Below, one piece after another: positions 22,701-34,699 of a stretch of 64,000 bases of DNA. Position numbers and translations under genes: made by a program. Numbering within the stretch: position 1 is the first letter of the stretch; every line of letters begins with the position of its first letter. The DNA is taken from assembly GCA_963575745.1 (NCBI GenBank), contig CAUYUJ010000186.1:1-64000 (forward strand), read 5' to 3'. The DNA comes from Prorocentrum cordatum. Lineage: Eukaryota. A model generated the notes under the pieces. That model was given only the letters and a program-made list of their open reading frames with translations, was not told the origin of the DNA and did no database searches.

Positions 22701-25521
22701 CTGTGCGAAATCCTTGCACTGTGCGACGTGCGGGTAGTTACACTTATCACCTCTGGTACATGTGTTGCGCTTGGCAAAATCGAAGCAGAATGGCCTTGAT
22801 GCTGGCTTCTTGTGATTCGCAGGAGTGGACATACTACGGCGGGGGTTGCCACCAGCCGTTGATGTTCTGGAAGATTTGTTGTTCTTCCAATCCCTGGAAT
22901 ATGTATGTAAAGCATTGCACCGTTCACCATTGCGACAATTGCCTTTCTTCCATGCAACGCACGCGTTGACCTGAGATCGTGTCTCGTGTTCGTACCGTAG
23001 CTTGTTTTGATTCTTCTCCAATTGTTTAATCTCCAGTATGTCCAGGACACGCTGTCGAAGCCAACCGTAGGTACGATTCGGGTCGCTCATCTTCATGCGC
23101 TGGTACTCGTACATGTCTTGTTTCATCCATGCATGTCTACGAATCTGTGTGCGGAATAGCGATTCCAATATCTTTGGATCGGGTACTTCTCGGCATTCCA
23201 AGAGTAAGGCGTCCCAATCGGTAATGAAACGTTGCAAATCTTCGTCTCTCATCCTCAGTTCTTTAAGGCGCTCGAAATCGTGCAGGTCGTCGTCGACGTC
23301 TGTCACTTTGTAGGACTGTAGGATATGCCAGTATATCTGGCGTCCTTTGAGCATGCGTCCTGCTTTGTGCTCTCTGGTCTCGATGAGCCTGATTTGGTAG
23401 CGTAAGTCTGAGGATAAGATGTCGCTCAGAGCGGTTGCGAGTTTGCAATCGATGCTCTCAAAGTCTCCACTGTCTTGTAAATCCTCGAATGTACATTCGG
23501 GCTGTTCTGCCACGCATAGGAAGGCGTATGCTTTGGATGGTCGCCCTGAGGCGGCCCCGAAGTTCTTTCGCACTCTTTGCTGCCATTCCAGCAGCTGCGT
23601 GATCTTAGGCAAGACAGGTACTCGAACGGTGTCTGACTCCTTGATAGGCGTCGTTGTATGTACCGACACCGCAGACACTGGTTGTGAGGGTATCGGTGCA
23701 CCGTCGATGGTTGGTTCTGTGCGCACAGGAGACACATGTCGTGTCTGTGCAGAAACTGCCGCGGAGGCTGCTCCTGGAGATGTACGTCGTTGTTGTCCTG
23801 CTGAAGCTTGTGGTGCTTCGGCGGACGCTGCCGTCGGCCTGTGCGGGTCGGCTGCAGGTCGAAGGTGAATGTTGGTGTCGTTAGTGTGGTCGATCAGCTG
23901 ATTCGTCCAGCTCGTCATGTCTTCTTGTATTTGACCCACCTTTTGGCGTGTATACTCATCAGTATCCCGAGACCGTTGGGAATACCGATCAAGCCGATGC
24001 TCGCATGCTCGGAGACGGGCGCTTTGTGCCTCCACCTCGCTTTCCAGACGTGCGAGATAACTCTCAACACGTACCTTCTCAGTATCTCTTTCATGAATAA
24101 CCTGGGAGAGCTCTAACTGCGTGTGGTCCGCCGCCTTCTCAACCTCCTGCAACCTGTCAGTGAGGCGGGCGAAATCGTAAACCGTGGGAGGAGAATCCAG
24201 CTGATCAGTCTGGGCTCGTCCGACACGCAACTCTGCCAGGGCGTCCTGTACACCAGGGAAACGCTGCTCTATGTCAGAGATCCGGTTAGCGAGTGGCTGC
24301 ACGACAGCGTTGGTCGCATCAAGCCTTTGAGTGATGACTCTCTCAGTACGCTGCAACATGTCGATCAGGTTCGACGAGTTTGTGTGTGCTTCGGTACGAA
24401 GCGTCGCCGTAGTGTGGTCTAGGTAAGATCGAAGATCATTGATCTGAGACTGAACGTCGCCGAGGTCTGTGGCCTCGGTTGGGGTTGGTCGGTTACGGAG
24501 CTGGTCGTGGATCTCATCGTGTAAAATCCTGACCGCAGAAATGCCTGTGTCGCGTACGATCACAAGTTGTTGCTCCATCTGCGCGAGATAGTTGCGCAGG
24601 TTCTCGACCATCGCCGTTCGTTCACCTGAGTGTGACACCTCACGATCAACCTGGTACTGCAGTTCTCCTATGATGCGTCTATCTTCGGCGATCCTGGAAT
24701 CGATGATCCCTAAGGCGCCGTCAAGATCGCGGCGTATGGCTGCAGTATCCGTGGCATTCGTCTGAACGCTCTGTAGTAGTCCAGAGTATTGGCTGGACAC
24801 GAAGGTTTCAACCTGGTCTCTGAGCTCAGCTATGTCACCTGCGGCGGACGTCTCCGCCGGCTGGTCGTCTGAGATGGAGAGGTGGGGAGCGTCAGCTTCC
24901 CTGTGTCCCCTGTCGCGGGGAGTGCATGGCCTCTGAGAGGCAGTACGCGGGCTCGACCTGCGCTCGCCGTATGGGCCTGGGGCTCCACGGCGGTTGCGCG
25001 CGGACGAGCTGCGACTCGGACCATGTGTGTGTGTGTGATGTCTCATCCGATGATACCTTGGGGTACCGCGTCTGTGGCTGTGCCGACACTGGTCTACTGA
25101 GTTCCTCGAAGGTAGCTACGTGCTCCGCCACAGGGACGGTCGCAGGGCTGGGGGTTCCAGCACCTGAGGTCCATCGGCGGTTAGCGCGGAAGCGCCCTGG
25201 AGTATCGAGACCGGTAAGGCTTTCGCCTGACGCGGTTGGGATTGCTCCCGACGGGGAAGGGGAGGGAGGATCAAAGGTCGGCGTGTGAAACTCCTTCCTT
25301 CCTGTTCCTACTCCTTCTCCTGTCCCCCCGCGGGCGGCGCTGCGGCGAAGTTCAGCAGCTAGACGCGCCTCGGGTCCTCGGGAGCTGGGGGGGATATCGG
25401 GGACACCAACACAGTCCGCATTAATGCTCTCCAACTCGTCACCGAGCCGTCGCACCGTGGGAGAGCTTGGACGCGAAGCCCCAATGGAACCCTTACGGCG
25501 CATGCGCCGAAGCGGCTCCAT
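16255..25521 (-). pseudogene. Copia gag-pol polyprotein, interrupted by a few stops and frameshifts
   Basis: Start MEPLRR at 25521; coiled-coil gag; three CCCH fingers (~22660-22960); RS-rich tract. Protease WVLDSGSAHH (~21790). Integrase HYMTH..CEIC, TDNSGEL, PQTNGLIER. RT FKGRVVVQGN, LYGHP, VYVDDF (~17960). RNase H FTDASFA, STESE, EDNQA, ADMMTK. Lesions: CA-repeat shift ~25030, shift ~20348, A-tract insertion, TAG 18175, TGA 17215. Confidence 0.95.
19364..19948. other. ~285-bp impure poly(A) tract flanked by a 150-bp direct duplication
   Basis: 19364-19513 and 19799-19948 are copies with 2 differences; 19514-19798 is nearly all A. Confidence 0.9.
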
Positions 25522-25573
25522 TGGGCTCGCATGCAAGGTCACCGCGGGCGAGTCGGTGAAGGTGAGCGTTAAA

Positions 25574-25585
25574 GGGCTGATAACC
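25574..25585 (-). promoter_or_regulatory. Primer-binding site, half-tRNA (anticodon-arm) type
   Basis: The minus strand reads GGTTATCAGCCC directly after the 5' LTR. It resembles the GGTTATG(A/G)GCCC sites of Ty5/copia that pair with the tRNAiMet anticodon arm; there is no TGG start. Confidence 0.75.
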
Positions 25586-25781
25586 TGTGTATGGGGTTGA
25601 AGTACAAGAGTACAGAACCCCTGATCCGTTGGTAGAGAGATGGAGGGATAGATGGATATCTTTCCCTCCCAAACGATCAAGGTACGATCGCTCCAACTCA
25701 GTACCTGAGCCCAAACGGCCAGGTGCGGGAGAGGTAAGGATAAGGAGTATATATGAGGGTATTACACGGGTTCCATACACA
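25586..25781 (-). repeat. 5' LTR of giant Copia
   Basis: Direct repeat of 7362-7557, followed by TSD CCCAA. Confidence 0.97.
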
Positions 25782-26500
25782 CCCAATGCCCAAGAGCGGG
25801 ACAAACAACAAACGTGTGTTCCGAACGCCCCAGAACAGGACAAACGTCACAACTCGTGGGTTCCTAACGCCCCAGAGCGGGACAAGCGTGAAAACACATG
25901 GGCCCCGAACGCCACAGGGCGGGACAAGCGTGAAAACACGTGGGCAACACTTGGGATCCTGACGCCCCAGAGCAAGACAAGCGTGAAACCATGTGGGCTC
26001 CGAACGCCCCAGAGCGGGACAAACGTGCAAACGCATGGGTTCTTATCGCCCACAACGGTACAAGCGTGAAGCCACGTGGATTCCTGGGACTCCACAGCAG
26101 GAAACACATGGAAGCATGTGGATTCCTTTGGCTGCAAGGCGGGACAAACGTGAGAACACATGGGTTCCGAACGCCCCAGAACGGGGCAAGCGTGAACGCA
26201 TGTGGGTTCTTAACGCCCCAGGGCGGGAAAAACGTGAAAACACGTGGGTCCCGAACGCCACAGAGCAAGACAAGCATGAAACTACGTGGGTTCCTAACGC
26301 CCCAGAGCGGGACAAACGTGAACACACACGGTTCCTAACTCACTAGACCAGACAAACGTAAAGCCACGTGCAACGTGGGTTTCTAACGCCCCAGGGCGGG
26401 ACAGACGTGAAAACGCATGGGTTCCTAACGCCGCAACGCCCAAAGCGGGACAAGCGTGAAAACACGTGGGCTCCTAACGCCCCAGGGCGGGACAGCGTGT
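25782..26500. repeat. ~42-bp tandem repeat array, right part
   Basis: Same unit as 7090-7361; the interrupted unit is rejoined when the LTR element is removed. Confidence 0.9.
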
Positions 26501-27379
26501 TCCCCTCCCTTCTCGGCGCGCCCCCTGGCGTCCTCTGTCGCGTTCCCCGGCTTGTCCCCTGGCGCTTTCCTTGTCCGTTCCGCTGCGCGCCCCTTGCCAC
26601 GCCCCTCGGCGCGTCCCCTTGCGCCTCCCCAAATGCGCCCGTGGCCCATCCAGTGGCGCGTGCATGCGCCATACGCCACGTGTCGTCTCGCCCCGCTTCG
26701 GAGCTGAGCCGGATCTCAAGCCCGAGCTGAGTGAGCGTGCCACACGTCTCGACTGCAACCAGCTCTGGGCCAGCTATGCGCTCAGGCAGCTCGAGCTCCA
26801 GATCCAGATCAGTTCGGTCACGATTCGAATGTCAGGGGCGACTTGATCCACGACGCTATAGTGCACACCGCAACTCATCGCGGCATGACATATCTCGTTC
26901 CAGCACTGCGCAGCACAGCACAAGCCTTGGCACAGTAAATCATGATCGATACCCTCAGCATTGCAATTGCTTGTCGCCCAATTGGGTGTCTTGAAAACGT
27001 CGCCATGCCTCGCCTTTCTAAGTTCCTGTCCAGGTCGACATTGTTTGGCTGGAATTGCATGCAGGTCGACTATGACACGTGTCCGCGGATAGAGACAACA
27101 TCAACGCAGTGGGAACGGATGGAAGGGAGGGAACAAAATGTCAGATGAGGCGCGGGCGCACCTAGCTTTTTTTCTTCTCCATACAACCAATGCGCGGATG
27201 AAATTGCCAGCTTTCCCACTGAGGGAAAGGGGACTCCACCATGCGAAGCACCAGCCACGAGGGAGAGGAAGGAGAGTGGGCAGCGTGGTTGCCAGCATTG
27301 GTTGTCTCACGCAGTGGCAACATAAAGACCTGGCCCATGCCAGAAGTAAAAACACACCGGCCACCTGAGGGGGCAGGAG

Positions 27380-27703
27380 GGGGGAGGAGGAAAGCGCAGC
27401 AGGAGGGGGGGGGACGACTCTCACCCCCTCTCCCCCCTCCTTCACCTCCCCTCTCCCTCACCTCCCCTCCCTCTCCCACCCTCCCCCCCCCCGCGCCCAC
27501 CCCAAACAGCGGGAGGCGGGGCCGTGCCCAGGAGGAGGGCCAGATACCACATGTGCTGCTCCTCATCCTTCTCCTCCTCCTCCTCCTCCTCCTCCTCTTC
27601 CTCCTCCTCCTTTTCCATCCCTCCCTCCGTTTTCCTTTTCCTTCTCCTCCGTGCCTGTCCTTCTCCTTCTCCCAACTCCTCCTCGTCCTCGTCCTCGTCC
27701 TCG

Positions 27704-27742
<39 letters not shown>

Positions 27743-27900
27743 TCGTCCTCCTCCTCCTCCTCCTCCTCCTCCTCTTCCTCCTCCTCCTTTTTCTCCTTTT
27801 CCCTTTCCTCCTCCTCCTCCTCCTCCTCCTCCTCGTCCTCCTCGTCCCCCTCGTCCTGGTCTTCCTGCTCCTGCTCCTGCTCCTGTTCCTCCTCCTCATT
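27380..27900. repeat. Pyrimidine-rich (CCT)n/(CTCGTC)n low-complexity tract
   Basis: Directly visible simple repeats. Confidence 0.9.
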
Positions 27901-27929
27901 CGTCGTGCGCGCTCCCTCCCGTGCTCGCG

Positions 27930-29230
27930 GGGGGAGCGTTGTCACCGACAGTGACGACGACGCACAGAGTTGCAGGACTCTCCCTCCAAGGCGTTGCTTA
28001 ACGGGGAGCAGTCAACGGCAGGGCGAACGCCGTCGCCGACAGCGACGACGACGGGCAGAGATGCAAGACTCTCCCTCCTGGGCGTCGTTTAGTGGGGACA
28101 CAACGCACGTCGCGAACGTCGTCGCCGACAGCGTCGTTGAGGACAGTGACGGTCACGGCCAAAGTTGCAGGACTCTCTTTCCTCGGCAATGTTTCATAAG
28201 GTCGCGGTAGACGCGAGGGGGGGGTGGGGGACGAGCGTCGTCACCGGCAGCGGCGACGTTCGCAGAATTGCAAGACTCTCCTTCCTGGGTGCTGTTTCAT
28301 GGGGGCGGGATAAACGCGGGGCGGGCGTCGTCGCCGACCCCGCAACCACGACGACGGCTAGACATGCTGGGCTCTCCCTCCTCGGCGGGGCTTTACGGGA
28401 GCGCAAAAAACGGGGCGCAAGAAACGGGTGGGTGGGGGGGCGAGCGTCGTCGCCGACGGCGACGGCGACGGCCAGAACTGGAGAACTCTCCCTCCTGGGT
28501 GTTGCTACACAGGGGCGCATTGCACGGTGGGGGGGCGAGCGTTGTCACCGGTAGCGGCGGCGTCCGCAGAGCTGCAGGACTCTCTGTCCTGGGTGTTGCT
28601 TGGTGGTGGCGGGATAAGCATGGAAGCGAGCGTCGTCGCGGACAGCGACGGCGGCGGCCAGATTTGCGCGGTTTTCCCTCTTGGGCGTCGCTTGACGCTG
28701 GCGTAATGCACAGGGGGGGGAGCTCAAGCGTCGTCGCCGACAGCGACGCCGACAGCCCGGGCTGCAGGACTCTCCCTCCTCTGTGATGCTTAATGACTCA
28801 ACGAGGGCGCAGTAAACATGGAAGCGAGCGTCGTCACTGATGCGGCGGCCAGAGTTGCAGGATTCTCCCTCCTGGGCGTTGCTTAATGGGGGCCCAGTGA
28901 ATGAAGCGAGGGGGGGGCGTCGTCGCCGACGGCCACAGTTGCATGGCTCTCCCTCGTGGGCGTTGATGGGGCGCAGTAAACGAAGGGGCGAGCGCCGTCG
29001 CCGACAGCGGCGACGACGGCCAAAGTTGCACGACTCTCCCTCCTCGGCGTTGCCTAGTGAGGGCGCAATGCGCGGGGAAGAAAGGGGGGGCGAGCGTCGT
29101 CGCCGGCAGCGACGACGACGGCCAAAGTTGCTGGACTCTCCCTCTTGGGCATTGCTTAACGGGGGCCCGATGCGCGGGAGGGGGCGAGCGTCATCGCCGA
29201 CAGCCATGGGGAACGCGGATGTCGTCGCGA
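27930..29230. repeat. Degenerate ~90-120-bp tandem array
   Basis: Recurrent gcgagcgtcgtcgccgacagcgacgacgacggccaaagttgcaggactctccctcctgggc units. Confidence 0.85.
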
Positions 29231-32229
29231 CGGCCCCCGCCCACATCGCGCATCAGCGCCAGAATGTTCTCCGAGATCTCGAGCAGACGGAAGGCGCACG
29301 CCGCGACGCTCTCGGCGATCGTGATATGGGCGGCCCCGTCTGCGGGCGCCGCGGCCTCGTTCCTCTTCCGCGCGAGGCCCCAAAGAGCGACCGCGGCGTA
29401 TGACGCATCGCCAACTTCCAGGGGCGCTCTCCGAGGCCGGCGGCATTGCCCATGAGGCCCACGCCCCAGTGCGTCTTCGCGCCGACGTTGAAGTGGCCGG
29501 CGTGGCTCTGGAAGCGCAGCTCCCAGAGGGGCTCGCGTAAATTCTCCGCGAAATCCTTGGCCGCCGCCCTGATGTCTAAGCCGGTCAGGGGACCGCGACG
29601 TCGCGGACGGGCAGCAGCCGTTCGGCAACGGGGCTCCCGCCCCTGGCGCCGCCGCAAGCGGGCCCGGTCGCCATCCCGGAGCTCGATCTGCCACCCGTTC
29701 TTCTGCGGGCAGCAGCCCTCCGAGTCAAACTCTTCCTGCCCAGCCGCGTTTGCGTCGAGGCCCGCGATGGCTACGGCCGCTCTCGCGGCGGGTCCGACCT
29801 TTCCGTCGGGGATTCTGCGACGCGCCATCTTGGCGCCAACGCCAAAGCCAGGGCGCTCCTCGCGCGGCTGGGCCAAATCGCCAGTCGACGCGAAGATCAT
29901 CCGCGCGCGGGCGTGGCACCCGTGATCCCCCCACTCGCCGCGAATCATATCCGGGCAGACGCCCGGGTGGATGTTGCCGACGACAGAGGCGTTCACGGGC
30001 GGCGCGTCCGCGCCGTTGCACGACCCGCGACCTCGCCTCGCGGTCGCTCTTGCCGTGCCTACTTGGGCCTTCTTGGTGTCGCCCAGCCAGCAACTCGGGC
30101 TCTGGCCCGAAGTCTGTTCGCCGTCGCCCTTCCTGGCCGCCGCGGAAGACGGAATGCTGGGCATGTCGAGGACCGGGGGAAGCCGGGGGCCTCGTCGAAG
30201 ATAAACTGCTGGAAATCCACGCCCCCCCTGTTATCTGTTGCATCTTGGTCCTCGGGCCGGCCGCGTTCGCCTCGGCGCGCAGCGTGCCGGGCAGGTCCTT
30301 GCGCGTCCTCGGGAACTGGGTTTGGCCGAATCCCCGGGCGCCGCTCCTTGCGCCGCTCGACAATGCCGCCCATGTACGCGCCGGGCTAGGGCGCCGGTCC
30401 GAGGCCTCTTCTCGCGCTTCGGCTCTGAGTCGTCGCCGTCTTCGGAATCCTCGGCCCCCTCGCCATCGGGCGCGTCGTCGGCGGGATCTGCGCCCGCCGC
30501 CGCCGCGCCGTCGCCGGCGGGGCCCGCGGCCGCAGCCAGCTCCCATCGCCTGTTTTGCGCGGAGGGCTCGGCCCTGCTGCGGGCGACCTTTCTGGTCTGG
30601 CTGCGCGCGCAGATACTCGCCCGCGGGCCACGGGGGGCCTCGCGCGGACAAGGCGGCCCACTTGCACGCGCAGGCGCAGCCCGCTAAGAACAAACAAATA
30701 TTGGCACGGGCGGGCGCGGGGCGCGGGCCCCCTCGAGGCGCATCGCGGGGGGGCCCTTGATCGAGCGATGTCCACCCCGATGCTCTCTGCTCGTCGACGT
30801 AATCGTCTTCGGCAGCGTGGACAGGCGCCGCCGAGACTCGGGGCCCGCCGCGGCGGCGCCTGCCGCGCGGCGGGAGATGGCTTGATTCAGCGCGCCTCGG
30901 CCAGGCTGTCTCGCAGGTTCCTGCGATATGAACTGAGACCATGCAGGAAACGTGCAGCGCCAACAATGTTGATGCTCTGTGCACTATGGGATAGGATAGG
31001 ACACTGGGAGGCAATATTAATATATACGCAAGTCAGTTAATACAGGAGAGACTACAACAGCGCAGAGCTGCATACGATAATCCATTGTAACCTAAGAAAG
31101 AGAAGTTGATTCACTGCGACGTACTTATGTATTATGCATGACATGTTGAAACCAAATCGCTACAGAGAAAAGATAAACTCATGCGAAGCAAGTCAGAGAC
31201 GACAAGAAAAGGGAACGCTCGATCATTCAGGAACGATGAGAGAATACAGCATGTGGCTATCTAGTGTACTATACTGCATTCAAATATCAGATACAAGACA
31301 GTGGCAAGGTAAGATACGCACATGTAGACGTTGACGAATGTCGTCCGCATGTGTTACGTCAGCTTAAATCAAACACTCGCTCGCGCCACGAGTGCGGGGT
31401 CGGGCAGGGGGGTCGCCGCCAGGATTTCGAAATATTTCCTCATTCACGAGCTCCTCGGCGCAGAAATCAATGATTTGTACCTCCGCATCACGGCGTAGAC
31501 TGTGCCAATGCGATGTTGGTAATTGTTTTTTGGAACAAGCTCCGGCCCAAGGCTTCCATTCAAGATGTTACACTCGGTCCTTGGTGCCGAGATCGCGGGA
31601 AGGGCCAACGGGTTTCCGCTCGGTAAACACTGGTGAATGGACATTCTGAAGATGTCTCGAGCGCTGCGTTTGTTTCTGAAAGTCCGCTCGGTACCTGGCG
31701 GACCATCGTTTCTCCTTAATGAAACAAAACTGCGGAACGTTTTGCGCGTAAGCACAGCTAGAGAACTATGTTTGGATGCCCTACAACTCAAACGACATAT
31801 GTGAACATATCGAATGCGGTGGAGCGGCGGACGAAGCGCCAGCTGTCTCAAAACCTGGGTTTTTTTTGTATCAGCAAGCACGAATGCGTCGTGCCCCCCA
31901 GAAGGGCCGGAGCCCCTGCCCGAACCAACGGGGTTACGGAATGGGCTGGGCGTCTAACATCGCACGGCAACCTAAATATGCTCAAGCGCGTCTCACGCGC
32001 ACATGAATTCTACATGCCAAGACACGCTGCGCCCTCTCCAGCCCCCCCCCCCGAAACGCGAAGCCACGTCGAAGCAGGATTCGCTCCTGCAACGGTCATC
32101 GTGGTCGCGGTCGTCGACGCCGGCCGGCCGAAAGCGCCCCTCCGCGCGGCGCGGGGCGCCCTCTCGCCCCCCCCGGATCTTGAGCGCCCAGTCCTCTTCG
32201 ACAATCACAAACTCGCCCTTCTGCAGCGT

Positions 32230-33160
32230 GCCCCTGAGTAGGTCTGCGCGGCCGTTCCGCTTGGCGAGCGGGTCAGCGATCTGATGGCGCTCGCCGCCCA
32301 GAACATTGGCCTCGTTCTCACTCGCGCCCCCCATCAAAATGGCGATGTCGAGGGCTGTCCGTCGGTCTTTGCTGTGACCGCCTGATGCGTTGCACGGGTG
32401 GTCGCGCAGGAACTTGCAATTGGTCGCGACGGCGAAAGGAAGGCGCGCCCCGCCCCTGGCGCCGCCCTGGCCGGAACGCCAGCCGCGCGCATAAACTCCT
32501 CGCCCGGTGGGCGCAGTTCGCCGGGCCCGCGTTCGCGCCCGGGGTCTCCGCCGCCAGGTGACCTGGCGCCTTCCGAGCCAGTCGACGCGATGGCCGCGGA
32601 GATAAACTCCCCCTGTGGCCGCCGCAGATCCGCGCGTCGCCCGCCGAGGACAACCCCCCCGCCCAGCTGGCCCAGCCCTTCGCTTTGGCCCGCGCCGCGC
32701 CCGCCACCGCGCAGGAACTTGGGCGTTTCAGCTCGATCGGCCTGACGCAGGGGCTCGCGCGCGAGAAAACCTTGCCGATCCTCGCGCGTCGATGGCCCCC
32801 CAGCAGGTCTGCCACCTTCGGCTCTGGAAAAGTGATCTGCAGTGCAGAAATTGGCCCGCTGATGTTTGGGCGTCTCTCTGCCAGCGCAGTTGCCCGGCGC
32901 CGAGCGGGGGCGCCGATGAGCTCGATCTCCCCTACCGCGGCCTTCTGGCTGGTCCCGGCGATTTGTCGGGAACCTGCTCCAGCTGCTCGCCTTGGAAGTC
33001 GCCCTTGCCCATCTGGGACCTTGGCCATCGCCCTCAGGAAGCGCTCGTCTCCTCCCCCGCGAGCGTCGCCCACGGCCAGGGCGAAGGGCCCATCGGCACT
33101 CGCCGCCCTGGCGGAAGTGGAGCAGACGCGGGTCGCAACAAGCGGCACGCGTGCCATGGC
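32230..33160 (-). pseudogene. Heavily decayed Copia RT-tail/RNase H fragment
   Basis: Fragments across frames: RPNISGPISALQ..FPEPKVADL, WASWA, QGEFI, HLAAET, DRRTALDIAIL, QIADPLAK. Confidence 0.6.
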
Positions 33161-33169
33161 TCTTGCGCG

Positions 33170-33600
33170 AGAGGGAAGGGGGGGGGGGAGGAATTGGAGG
33201 AGGGGGGAAGAGGGGGCAAGACATCACCCTGGCCCAACAACGGGGCCCAAACCCCAAGTGGGGAGGAGGGGGGGGAGGCCCCACTGGAGCGGAGGCCCCA
33301 CTGGAGCGCCGGGGGCGCGGAGAGGAGGGGGGGGGGGGGGCGGCGTGCGTCGCGGCGCGGAATAGAATGGCTGGGGCGGATCCAGGGGGCACTGGGCGGG
33401 GCGCGGGGCAGAGGGCCGCGGGGCGGTGGTCCAACTGGGGCGCCAGGGGGGGGGGGGGGGGGGGCGGCGCGCGTCGCGACGCGGAATAAAACGTTCGTGG
33501 CGGAGGGGGCAGTGGGCGGGCTCCCGCTGGGGCGCTAGGGGCGCGGGGGGGCTCGGGGCAGAGAGCCGCGGCGCGGGGGTCCTACTCTGGCGCTGGGGAC

Positions 33601-33694
<94 letters not shown>

Positions 33695-33737
33695 TGGGGG
33701 GGGGGGGGGGGGGGGGGGGGGTGGGGGTGGGGGTGGG

Positions 33738-33769
<32 letters not shown>

Positions 33770-33813
33770 TGTGTGTGTGTGTGATTGTGTGTGTGTGCGT
33801 GTGTGTGTGTGTG

Positions 33814-33904
<91 letters not shown>

Positions 33905-34225
33905 TGTGTGTGTGTGTGTGTGTGCGACGCGGAAAAAAAAACGCTCGCGGCGGAAAGGGGGCAGTGGGCGGGGCTCCCGCTGGGGCGCTGGGGACGCGGG
34001 GGGCGTCGGGGCAGAGAGCCGCGGCGCGGGGGCCCCACCCTGGCGCTGGGCGCGCGGGGGGGGGGGGGGTGCAACGCGGAATCGCGCGTTCGTGGCGGAA
34101 GGGGCAGCGGGCGGGCCCCCCGCTGGGGCGCTGGGGGCGCGGGGGGGCTCGGGGCAGAGATCCACGGCGCGGGGGTCCCACTCTGGCGCCGGGGGCGCGG
34201 GGGGAAGGGCGTGCGACGCGGAATG
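33170..34225. repeat. G-rich repeat units around (GT)n/(GTGC)n/poly(G) microsatellites
   Basis: (GT)n at ~33603-33925, flanked by repeated ggggcagagagccgcggcgcggggg units; interrupts the Copia remnant. Confidence 0.9.
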
Positions 34226-34699
34226 AAGTGGTCGGAGCTCTAGACACCCAGCGCAAGAGAATAACTGATCTTGAAGCCCGCTGCCAGCGCCTCCGCGGTG
34301 GAGCTCATGAACCGCGGCAATGGCGCATCTCCTGGGCCATAGACGCATGCCAACGCCTCCAATGGCAAACCTGATTCCGTTCCAGAGGCCCCGTCAGTCG
34401 GTAGCTCGCCGTGGAGGGGGGCCCTCCTTCCTCTCGCGCTAGCACCGGTTCATGGCGGCCGAGCTGATATCCCCAAGCTCGATGTCAAAAACCATGGAGA
34501 CGCTCAACTGCATGCCCATCATCGAAGCTGCCAGTCGCCGCCGAATGGAAAGCCCCTCATGTTCGTAGCCCAGCCCAGTCGGTCGAGCACCTGCTCTCGA
34601 GCGTGGGTGCCCTGGCCGCAAGTCGCAGACCGATGGCCCCAGTGGGGGGCCCGGTCTCCTCCAGCGCGTCGGGATGCCATCTCCAGGCCCGCGTCTGCG

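Larger units (their letters stand above)
7362..25781 (-). mobile_element. Giant (18.4 kb) Ty1/Copia LTR retrotransposon with ~8 kb 3' coding extension
   Basis: Two 196-bp LTRs (7362-7557, 25586-25781) with 4 differences. 5-bp TSD CCCAA (7357-7361, 25782-25786). PBS and PPT present. Domain order gag-PR-IN-RT-RH. Confidence 0.97.

Noticed and set aside
27162..28210. Poly-E/D, poly-R, poly-L and poly-S ORFs
   Set aside because: Simple-repeat translations.
33224..34374. His-Thr and Cys-Val repeat proteins
   Set aside because: Translations of a (GT)n microsatellite.
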